Assembly (NCBI GenBank): GCA_951406725.2
Contig: OX597814.1
Span: 106,268,001 to 106,332,000, forward strand
Direction of reading: 5' to 3'
DNA: 64,000 nt
Source: Octopus vulgaris
Lineage: Eukaryota
Below, piece by piece: positions 53,650 to 64,000 of this stretch; positions within the stretch are counted from its first letter, which is position 1, and every line of letters starts with the position of its first letter. Both the position numbers and the translations under genes were made by a program. The notes beneath the pieces are model-generated. The model ran no database searches. It saw only the letters and a list, made by a program, of their open reading frames with translations, and was not told the DNA's origin.

Positions 53650-54030
53650 TTGGGTGGTAAGTAGCTTGCTTACCAACCATATGGTTCCGGGTTCAGTCCC
53701 ACTCAATGGCACTTTCTACTATAGCCTCGGGTCGACCAAAGCCTTGCGAGTGGATTTGGTAGACGAAAACTGAAAGAAGCCTGTCGTGTATATATATATT
53801 ATATATATATATGTATATGTGTGTGCGTGTGTTTCACCCAACATCACTTGACAACCGATGCTGGTATGTTTACGTCCCTTTAACTTAGCGGTTCAGCAAA
53901 AGTCTGATAGAATAAGTACTAGGCTTACAAAGAATAAGTCCTGGGGTCGATTCGTCCGACTAAAGGTGGTGCTCCAGCATGGCCACAGTCATTTGACTGC
54001 GGCCAATAAAAGAATAAAACAATAAAAGAA
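53650..54030 (+). mobile_element. Microsatellite-containing SINE
   Basis: Matches 61727-62202. Confidence 0.85.
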
Positions 54031-54144
54031 TTGATATCGCCGAAACTGTTCTATATCGGGAATCGAGAAATGTCGTAGATGGACTTATACATAAGAACCC
54101 GCCTAGCTTCGTAAGCATAAATATATGTATATATTTATGTGTGT

Positions 54145-54157
54145 ATATCTATCTATG

Positions 54158-54245
<88 letters not shown>

Positions 54246-54590
54246 ATGCATGCATGCATACATACATACATACATACATACATGCATGCATACATTCGTA
54301 CATACATTCATACATACATACATACATACATACATACATGCATACATTCATACATACATTCATACATACATGCATACATACATGCATGCATACATACATG
54401 CATACATACATTAATACATATATACATACATACATGCATACAATCATACATACATACATACATACATACATACATACCTACATACATACATACATACATA
54501 CATACCTACATACATACATACATACATACATACATACATACATACATACATACATGCATGCATGCATACCTACATACATACACACATACA
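54145..54590. repeat. (ATCT)n plus (CATA)n tetranucleotide microsatellites
   Basis: Direct inspection. Confidence 0.95.
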
Positions 54591-55177
54591 TTTGGTAGTA
54601 CAAGCAGGATAAATAGAGCTCAAAACCCGAGTAAGTATACATTTCATGTTTAATTGGCATTTACATAGAATTTACATAGTGACCTAGAGTTTGATATGTG
54701 CCATGCACGAAACTCTCGCCAGCGTCACTTTGCAATTGCCTCCGATCAATATATACAATATTATCTGGCTAATAACCTCATAAGCTGCATCTAAAGAGAG
54801 TCTATCCAGCTACCGGCTACCATATGCCATCATACAACCAGGTTATTCATTGAGCCGAATAAACGTTACGGAATTATATTTACTAATGTTATTATTAGTA
54901 AAATGTTATATAATTGTATGAGAAAGGGAACTCAGCAACATAAAGCTGGTGCCACTGTGCAGAAACAAATGTAGTAATTTGTAATTACAGACTGTTTATT
55001 CCATCTTCTTATATGATTCGTACATCTTTTTCTTTTTCTCTGATAAAATTATGCCATTTGGGTGCAATCCTCCCTTCACGAGGTTAACATATGCTTTAAT
55101 TAAATTTAAAATGTAACCGCATGTGTATCGTTGGCGAGTTTCATCCTCCGTCTTCCCTTCCTTTGGACCTTCCTCTA

Positions 55178-55210
55178 CTTCTGAAGAAGTGCAAGGCTCG
55201 AAACGTTAAA
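55178..55210 (+). ncRNA. Degenerate minimal hammerhead motif in a TA-anchored repeat
   Basis: Reads CTGAAGA-A-GTGC-AAG-GCTC-GAAAC-GTT. A related remnant lacking the CTGANGA box is on the minus strand near 62968-63000. Confidence 0.5.
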
Positions 55211-55320
55211 TCCTCTTTTCTTCCTTTCCTGAGCGTCTGACAATACAGTACTTGTACCACGTTCTCGCGTTATTGTTTTTTCTTGTTTGTTCTTCTTTGT
55301 TTGAATACACTATATATATA

Positions 55321-55370
<50 letters not shown>

Positions 55371-55764
55371 GTAAATACATACGCACACGCACACACATGT
55401 ATATGTATATGTGTATGTGCATGTGTGTGTGCGTGTGTGTGTATAAAGATAAACAGAACACAGATGGAAAGACAGACAGAGAAAGTTCTCCTTACAGCTA
55501 GCTAATATAACAATAAACCATCTTGTTCTTTACAATGCCGCTTTTGTTCTCATTAATTGGCAACAATGAAGTAAATAGCGTCACCAGTTAACGACGTCAC
55601 ACCAAAGTTAGCGCTGCGACGATAATGATGTCGACGTTCAGACCATTTAAAAGCAACCTAAGTTAAACAACACGAAAAGCATAAAAACCACCATTTTGGT
55701 TTTTCCTTTTTCTCTTTCGTTGTTGCTATTCCATTGACAAATGGTTTGTGCTTTCTTTCAACTC

Positions 55765-56390
55765 TCCTTCTTCTTCTTCTTCTTCTTCTTCTTCTTCTTC
55801 TTCTTCTTCTTCTTCTTCTTCTTCTTCTTCTTCTTCTTCTTCTTCTTCTTCTTCTTCTTCTTCTTCCCCTTCTTCTTCTTCTTCTTCTTCTTCTTCTTCT
55901 TCTTCTTCTTCTTCTTCTTCTTCTTCTTCTTCTTCTTCCTTTTGTCGTTTTATATCTTATCTTTACACAGTCCACCATTCAGTCGAGTTAATCGTAATTA
56001 TAAAGACAAAGAGGGGAAAGAGAAAGGTGAAGGCAGTAGTAGTAGTAGTAGTGGTGGTGGTGGTAGTGGTTGTAGGGGTGGTAGTGGTAGTGATGTAGGT
56101 GGGGATTTTGGTGGTGGTGGTGGTGGTTGTGGTTGTTGTTGTTGTTGTTGTGGTGGTGGTGGTGGTGGTGGTTGTGGTATTGGTGGCGGTAATGGTGGAG
56201 ATAATGGTTGTTGCTGTTGTTGTGGTGGTGGTTGTAGGGGTGGTGGTGGTAGTGGTAGTGATGTAGGTGGGGATTTTGGTGGTGGTGGTGGTAATGGTGG
56301 TGGTTATGGTGGTTGTTGTTCTTGTTGTTGTTGTTGTGGTGGTGGTGGTGGTGGTGGTGGTGGTGGTTGTGGTATTGGTGGTGGTAGGGG
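55765..56390. repeat. (TTC)n followed by a (GGT/TGT)n tract with an internal duplication
   Basis: Direct inspection. GGTAGTGATGTAGGTGGGGATTTT occurs twice. Confidence 0.95.
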
Positions 56391-56661
56391 TGAAATGCGT
56401 GCAATGCTGAGAGAGATGTGATGGAAGTGTGCATGCGTGTATGCTTTTGTATGCTTGGGCATGTGCGTTCGTGTTCATGCTCATATGTTTGTGTATGTGT
56501 ATGTGTGTGAGTGAGCGAGTGGGTGGTGTGTTGGGGCAGTAGTAAAACGCTTGATTGGCCATTAACTTCCGTTTCGTTGGTCAGTGAAGAAGAGAAAAAA
56601 AGAAAAGGATTAAGGAAGGGACAGCAACAAGAAATTTTAAATATAATAATCATTATCGCCA

Positions 56662-56696
<35 letters not shown>

Positions 56697-56889
56697 CCAT
56701 CATCATCATCATTGTGATCCCCATCATCATCATCGTCGTCATCATCGCCGTTCTCGTCGTTGTTGTCGTCTTTCACATTAGTCCGTTCAGCACAGAAAAC
56801 TATATATATTGAAAATGTGGTTGAAATAAAGGAAATAACAACAACAACAACAACAACAACGACGACGACGACGATGATGATGATGATGA

Positions 56890-57010
56890 TGATTTCATTT
56901 GTTTGCCACAAGAGCGAAGGATGAAGGGTGCAATACCAAGACAGATATAGAATGTGGGGGTTTACATATAATGGAATGGCTAAAAAACAAAATGGAAGAA
57001 AGTATACACG
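56890..57010 (-). mobile_element. Short 3' end of the same L1/Tx1-type family as 26472-27200
   Basis: Minus strand GTAAACCCCCACA...TTGTGGCAAACAAATGAAATCATCATC matches 27127-27210. Confidence 0.7.
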
Positions 57011-57012
57011 GT

Positions 57013-57222
57013 ATAATAATAACAACAATAATAACAACAACAACAATAATAATAACAACAATAATAACAACTAAAACAATAATAATGATAATAATAATAA
57101 CAACAACAATGATAATGATAATAATAATAATAACAACAACAATAATAGCAACAACAACAACAATAATAATAATAATAATGCTAATAATAATAATAATAAT
57201 AATAATAGTAATAATGATGATG

Positions 57223-57255
<33 letters not shown>

Positions 57256-57405
57256 GTAATAATGATAATAATAATAATAATGATAATAATAATAATAATA
57301 ATAATGATGATGATGATGGTGATAATAATAATAATGATGATGATGCTAATAATAATAATAATGATAATAATAATAATAATGATAATAATAATAATAATGA
57401 TGATG

Positions 57406-57481
<76 letters not shown>

Positions 57482-57525
57482 TGATAATAATAATGATAAT
57501 AATAATAATAATAATGATGATAATG

Positions 57526-57592
<67 letters not shown>

Positions 57593-57659
57593 TGATGATG
57601 ATGATGATAATAATAATAATAATAATAACAATAACGATAAAAATAAAAATAAAAATAAA

Positions 57660-57705
<46 letters not shown>

Positions 57706-57773
57706 GTAATAATAATAATAATAACAATAATAATAATAATAATAATAGTAATTTTTTTAACAACAACAATAAA
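57013..57773. repeat. ~760-bp (AAT)n/(GAT)/(AAC) microsatellite
   Basis: Direct inspection. Confidence 0.97.
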
Positions 57774-60700
57774 TGAATCGAATGCGAAGTTCAGAGATAC
57801 CAAAGACTGTAAATGTGAAAGACGAAGCAACTGAAGAATGGAGAAAGGAGGAGTAACATGGGAATACACACACGCACAAATACACACACACACTCATAGA
57901 TATACATACATACAGAGAGGGAGATATATATATAGAGAGAGGAGGAGAGAAGGAATACATAAAGATGAAAAGATGGCGTGAGTGAGTTAGAGAGAGAGAG
58001 ACGATATTGAATCTGAGCGACGATGGTAAGAAGGAGAGGTATGAAGTAATTAGAGTCAAAGAAGAAAGCTGAATATACAATGGAATAGAGAGAGAGGGAG
58101 GTGGGAGGAGGAAGTGGAAGAATTGATGGAGCGAAGGACATTTTCGAAAATATGTATTGGAAAATAAAAGCATCTACATTGTTATTAGTGATGCTGTTTT
58201 TGGAGAATCTCCAAGAAATCCATTTTATTCTAAATTTCTTGAAGGGACATTTTAAAATGAAATGGCTTAGAACAATACAGAGAAAACAAAAAAAAAATGG
58301 AAATAAATGAAAAGAATTAGAGTTTATGTGTTCGACGCGAAGACAACAACAGCAACAGCAACGACACGAAAAGACTGTTAATTGAACAATTAAATTACTG
58401 ATAATTTTATTTTTTTGGAATTATTTCTATTTTTATTTCTGTTCAATCGATCAACACTCCACCGACATTTTATGTCGCTTCTTCGAAATAATGTTTGCAT
58501 CATCTATGTTTGTTGTTAATGGGATTAGAGGCGAATAACAGCAACCGATACTATTAAAGGTAATTAGATAAATTCTAATAAAATCTACGATGTGAACGAT
58601 AATGAATAGAAAGAAGAAGAAGAAAAAAAAAGTAGATGTTATTTTTTATCGTTAAAATTGTATGAAAGAGGAATATTGTAACAAAACCAGCGAGGACGCC
58701 GTTGAAATGAGAAAAGGCAGCAACACCATAAAACGGCAAGAAAATGACATGAAATGCCTTCCAACATTCTCTCGTATCTACTCTGCTTTTCTATCTTTCA
58801 ATTAGATTTTGTTTTTCCTTCTAGAATGTCTCATTGTATATATATAATGCTTTAAACATTATATTTACAATTAGGCTATAACTTGAAGAAAATAGAACGG
58901 TTCGAGGTAAAGTTAGTGACCTTCGTTTCAATTATTAACTCAGTTTAAACTATTTGATTTGGCGACTGAACTTTAATTTCCATACACGCTTTTGTTTCTT
59001 TTATGAATGTTTTCAAAATAATGCTTCTTGAAAAAAAGAAATGAAGCCGATCTCGTTCTATATCTACCACATACGTTAGACAAACTCCTGTTTAAACATT
59101 CGCTGGTAAGGCCACTTCTAATGAATTCATCCTCCACTGCACAAATGCTTCATTATTTAACCTCCGCTGATCCCGATTTTATTCAATTATTCTTCCTGTT
59201 ACGCTTCGTTGTTCTACATCTTATGACACATTATTTTAACACTTTATGTTTTTAGTACTTACTCCTAAATATTCCTCATCTTTTCGCGATTCAGTTTTAT
59301 TCTTCATCTGTAATATTTGGAATTTCTGAACGTATACCAAATACAATCCATTAATTGGGACACACTAATAACGATCTTTTTTTTTTAATTTCTCAATTAG
59401 ATGACGTGGGTCATGAAGTAGGGCTAAACTCATTAGGGTCTGAATGACAAATAAAGCAATCTTAATTCCTTACAGCAGTTATTTCCTCTTACATATGCTG
59501 CCTTATTGAGGCAAACATAGGCATTACGCATTCACTTATCAATTTTCATGTGAGTAACTTTCTTCAAGACAGTTTTTATCTCTTAGTTCGAACCTGGGGT
59601 CTTTCCTGCTTTTTGCTTACTCTTGAACATGGATGAGTTCAGTAATTCTTTACCACTCTTCCAATGGTAATGGTCGGTAGACGAACGGTATTGTTGGTGG
59701 TACTTCCCTGGGTGTCCGAATCTGGTGGGATAAAATAATTTCAAACCAGAGAATTAATTACAACAGAATAGACTCCCCTAAAATCACTCAGGGATTTGAA
59801 CGGGGGTGTTAAACTGAATGATGGATTGAGGCTACGCTGCACCAGAAATATAATGGCCAAAATAACAAATAAAACTCCTTTGACAAACCAAGGAATTCTT
59901 TTGTGCACTGAAAGCAACTAATACGTTGAATTTATTGGTAGAATAATGAAATAGTCGCTGCTTCGATTATAACCAATATCCTTCCGAATTCTCTGTTACA
60001 ATTTTAAACCAATTTGTCCAAATTACAATTGATTTATCTGTACACAAACCGACAGACTAATCCCATTTTCACTCCATATAAATTCGCACTAATTCCTTTC
60101 CAACCTGCTTTCTTTAGAATCGAGACGACGTACTTGTCGCTGCTACTATTGTTCCTTCGTGTCTCTAGTTAGACCTGTCTGTTTCTCTCCTCCTCCTCCT
60201 TCTTTTTCTTTTTCTTCCCCTTTTCTTCTTCTTCTTCTTCTTCTTCTTCTTCTTCTTCTTCTTCTTCTTCTTCTTCTTCTTCTTCTTCTTCTTCTTCGCG
60301 GTTGTCTTTGTTGTTGTTTTTGTTGTTAATATTTGTGCTGGTTGTTATTTAGTTACAATATTGTTATTAATGTGTTTAGTTAACGATTTTTAAAAAAAAA
60401 ATTATCAGTTGAATAATCTTAAGAATTATCCTAGAAAACATTTAATCTCAACAAGTTCCATTCCATTTTCTATTAACAGCCGCCTACTTTTTTTGAAATC
60501 TCTTTAAACCATTTTTTTTCCTTTATTTTAATAAAAAGTTGCATGCCTGATCTCAATCATGATTTGAAGTTTCCAACTCGAAACCCAGGTCAAACATAGA
60601 GAACATTTAAGATGTGTTGATAATTAATCACCCTTGTTAGCTTAAATATTGATAAGATGTCAGCTCATTTCGAATATTTTATCTGTAATCAAAGTAGCTA

Positions 60701-61196
60701 ATGACTTGAAATTATCCTGTAGCTTTACTAATAGGATTTTCCTTCTAAATATTTAAACGGCCTACATAATTTTTTTTAATAATACGGTGGTCAAAAAGAG
60801 ATACTGCGACACGATTTCAAATGCTAGATATTATTGAAATACAGAATCATAAAGGTTTAATTTCATGTGTTCTATGAGAAAGAAAGAGTTTATTGGTGAG
60901 ACTCTGGAAGTATTTGGATTATATAAGTGGGACCACATAGATAACTGACTGAACGGATGAACAACACTAAACGCTGTTTGTATTGGAGTGTAGTATGAAC
61001 GGAATTCATGCGTAAAATGAGACACTGGAGTGAATAGATACGTAACCTGAGGGATGTATTTATAATCGTTTTATATGCGGATTATTTGAAGGCGCGATCA
61101 GTACCCAACATATCTGACTTTAATAGGACCAAGAGAAATAATTAGTATTGTATTCATGGATAGAAGAATTTAGAAGATAAATTTTATAAAAGTAGA

Positions 61197-61608
61197 AGGT
61201 AATAGTTATCTCCCCCTTAAAAGTGGACGTTGTGTTAGAACACAGAATACTGCGTTATTTGCCTAGAGAGAGAGACTCCCATGTGGACTCATGGTGCATA
61301 AAGGATTTTGTGCATGTACCGCTGACGGACGAAGCCAGTCCCTGAATAGGCATTGATATCGTTGACAAAAGAATCGGCTGCTAGGTCTCCGTTGGACGTC
61401 TGTCGTTAACATGTCCCAAGGAAGGGCGAAATCGTGTGATCTGGAACTTCCGTCGGCCGTGGAAGACGGTTCTCGTCTGCCAGTGATATAAACACGAGTG
61501 TTTTTATACACCAGAAACCCGCATGAGAAGTTCCCTCGATGCTAAATAACGCAGTATTGTCTGCTCTAACACAACATCCACTTTTAAGTAATGTTAAACA
61601 TTACCTTT
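61197..61608. repeat. Element with ~65-bp diverged inverted arms and a GC-richer core
   Basis: CTTAAAAGTGGACGTTGTGTTAGA...AATACTGCGTTATTT is inverted relative to AAATAACGCAGTATT...TCTAACACAACATCCACTTTTAAG. Confidence 0.75.
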
Positions 61609-61726
61609 TGATATTAATATTACTTCTGTCACTATTGGTTATTTTATATAAGAGTATAGGCTTGGAGCAGAAATATTACATTCTTTTCATAAAAATGCGC
61701 AGCATATTGTATTCTTCTTTACAATA

Positions 61727-61889
61727 GGTGCAGGAGTGGCTGTGTGGTAAGTAGCTTGCTTACCAACCACAAAGTCCCGGGTTCAGTCCCACTGCGTGGC
61801 ACCTTGGGAAAGTGTCTTCTACTATAGCTTCGGGCCGACCAAAGCCTTGTGAGTGGATTTGGTAGACAGAAACTGAAAGAAGCTCATCG

Positions 61890-61940
<51 letters not shown>

Positions 61941-62202
61941 ATTTGTGTGTGTGTGTGTGCGCGTGCACACGTGTGTGTGTGTGCGTGTATGTGTGTGTGT
62001 CTGTGTTTGTCCCCCCAACATCGCTTGACAACCGATGGTGGTATATTTAAGTCCCCGTAACTTAACGGTTCGGCAAAAGAGACCGATAGAATAAGTACTA
62101 GGCTTACAAAGAATAAGTCCTGGGGTCCATTTGCTCGAATAAAGGCGGTGCTCCAGCATGACCGCAGTCAAATGACTGAAACAAGTAAAAGAGTAAAAGA
62201 GT
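61727..62202 (+). mobile_element. Full-length tRNA-derived SINE with internal (TA)n(TG)n
   Basis: A box TGGCTGTGTGG, B box GGGTTCAGTCCC, CORE-like ACCTTGGGAAAGTGTCTT, internal microsatellite, and (GTAAAAGA) tail. Confidence 0.92.
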
Positions 62203-63101
62203 AATAGCAACCAGATTGAAGACAATTCTATTTCATGACTTAGAATCTCTAAAAACTGTCGAAATGAAGCTGATGGGTAGGATTTACACCGTCTTTTCCA
62301 GGCAAGTTAGGAATAAATGAAATAACTTAGATGAAAGTGTCTTAAGGCAGGGCACCAGGTATATCAAACACGTGGTGTTAATAGTAACAGGTAGGTCTAT
62401 CAGTTTGGTCATCGTAATGATGATGGCGATGATGATTATGATGGTGATGGTTAGAAGGAGGATTTGGTTTTTCTTGCTTATAAAACCAGCGCAAATATCA
62501 AACATGTTAATACAACAACATTGAAGTGGAAATGTTTAGAAAAAGAACATAAATTATCAAAAGTGCAAAAGAGAGAACAGAAACAGTTTCGCGAAGACAG
62601 AAACACACACACACACGCACACACACATAGTGGAACACAAGATGATGTTTGATCATTGTGTGGCGTGTTAATTTACATGCTACGCATCCACACACAACCA
62701 CAGACACACACATACATATATACACACACTTTCATATACATACATTCACATACATATGAATATATGTCTGTGTGTGTATATGTGTTTGTAAGTGTGTGGG
62801 TATGTACGTATATATGAATATTATATGTACATAATATAATATATATATATGTATGTATGTGTGTGTATATATATAGAGAGAGTTTACGAAAAAAAAGACA
62901 AAAGACAAAAACAGGTGGCGTACAAAACAAACATATGTATTAGTATAACGCTCAGGAATAGAAAAAATCTTTTACGTTTCGAGCCTACGCTCTTCTACAA
63001 AAAGAGACACAGAAAAAAACAAGGAGAGAAAAAAATGCGTGGTCGTGGCTAACGATCTATCATGGCGACTACATATATATACATATATATAGATATATGT
63101 A

Positions 63102-63190
<89 letters not shown>

Positions 63191-63193
<3 letters not shown>

Positions 63194-63531
63194 GGCGCAT
63201 GGCTCAGTGGTTAGAGCGTCGAGCTTACGATCGTGAGGTTGTGAGCTCGAATCCCGGACCGGGCTGCGTGTTGTGTTCTCGAGCAAGGCACTTTATTTCA
63301 CGTTGCTCCAGTTCACTCAGCTGTAGAAATGAGTTGCGACGTCACAGGTGCCTAGCTGTATCGACCTTTGTCTTTCCCTTGGATAACACTGGTGGCGTGG
63401 AGAGGGGAGGCTGGTATGCATGGGCGACTGCTGGTCTTCCATAAACAACCGTGCCCGGACTTGTGTCTAGGAGGGTAACTTTCTAGGTGCAATCCCATGG
63501 TCATTCATGACCGAAGGGGGTCTTTACCCTT
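63191..63531 (+). mobile_element. Young tRNA-derived SINE inserted in (TA)n
   Basis: A box TGGCTCAGTGG, B box GAGCTCGAATCCC, core GTGTTCTCGAGCAAGGCACTTT, with TA tracts on both sides. Confidence 0.88.
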
Positions 63532-64000
63532 TATATATATATATATATATGTATGTATTTATATATATAGCTTGTTAAGCCATGTGAGCAGAACCCGTAG
63601 ATTGTGTGAAGACACCAGACGTATGATAAGATGTCGAGTTGTTTTCATCCTGGTCGGTCATAAAAATATATATTGTTTATTAAATAATATTTATCTCTCA
63701 CCAGAGGGAGTACTTTTCTTTTGTTCATCTTACCATCAAAGAACAGTATACTGTGTGTGTTTGTGTTGTTGCTTGTGTTTTTCTCCTGAACATGAGAAGC
63801 ACAAACAGGACAGCGATGGACGCCTCTTCCAGTAGGTGTTCATTCACGCTGACCCCCTCCTTCATCCCACCATGGAATCTTTCATTGAGTGCTTAGCTTT
63901 TTTTTTTCAGATACAGCCAGATATAGAATGCAAAACATAACAGAAATGTTAGAACTAAAGTGATGCCTATGCCTGAAGCGTTCTAAGGTTGAGAAAAGGA

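Noticed and set aside
55658-57070. Gly/Cys-rich, poly-Thr and His-rich ORFs resembling structural or mucin proteins
   Set aside because: They derive from (TTC)n and (GGT)n tracts and are open in several frames on both strands.
56895-57893. Long ORFs of 230-330 aa (poly-Ile, poly-Leu)
   Set aside because: They are translations of an (AAT)n microsatellite that lacks stops in those frames. There is no coding signal.

Overview
AT-rich, microsatellite-saturated animal genomic DNA. The SINE families and repeat landscape look like an octopus or other cephalopod, which is an inference. No host protein-coding gene can be supported, and most ORFs in the track are translated microsatellites. The window is a transposon-dense intergenic or intronic region with six components. 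(1) A young Penelope-like retroelement (PLE) with an unbroken RT plus GIY-YIG frame (2445-4772). Its conserved N-terminus lies upstream of the first AUG and overlaps an upstream basic ORF in the -1 frame. Its 3' end carries a promoter-like block and a hammerhead ribozyme, and it sits in the internal (TA)n of a SINE. (2) At least eight minimal type-I hammerhead motifs, several with unusual cores (U4C, U3-A8), in short non-coding, often inverted or tandem, TA-anchored elements. One is a 479-nt circularly permuted, retrozyme-like unit. (3) A ~20-kb cluster of R4/Dong-type LINE pieces, all on the minus strand and mostly anchored in (TAA)n. Two of them are reciprocal chimeras, and together they reconstruct a circularly permuted full-length element inserted into another LINE. 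(4) Helitrons, Tc1, pogo-like and hAT MITEs, and a Tx1/L1-type 3' end. (5) Several tRNA-derived SINE families. (6) A ~715-bp palindrome.
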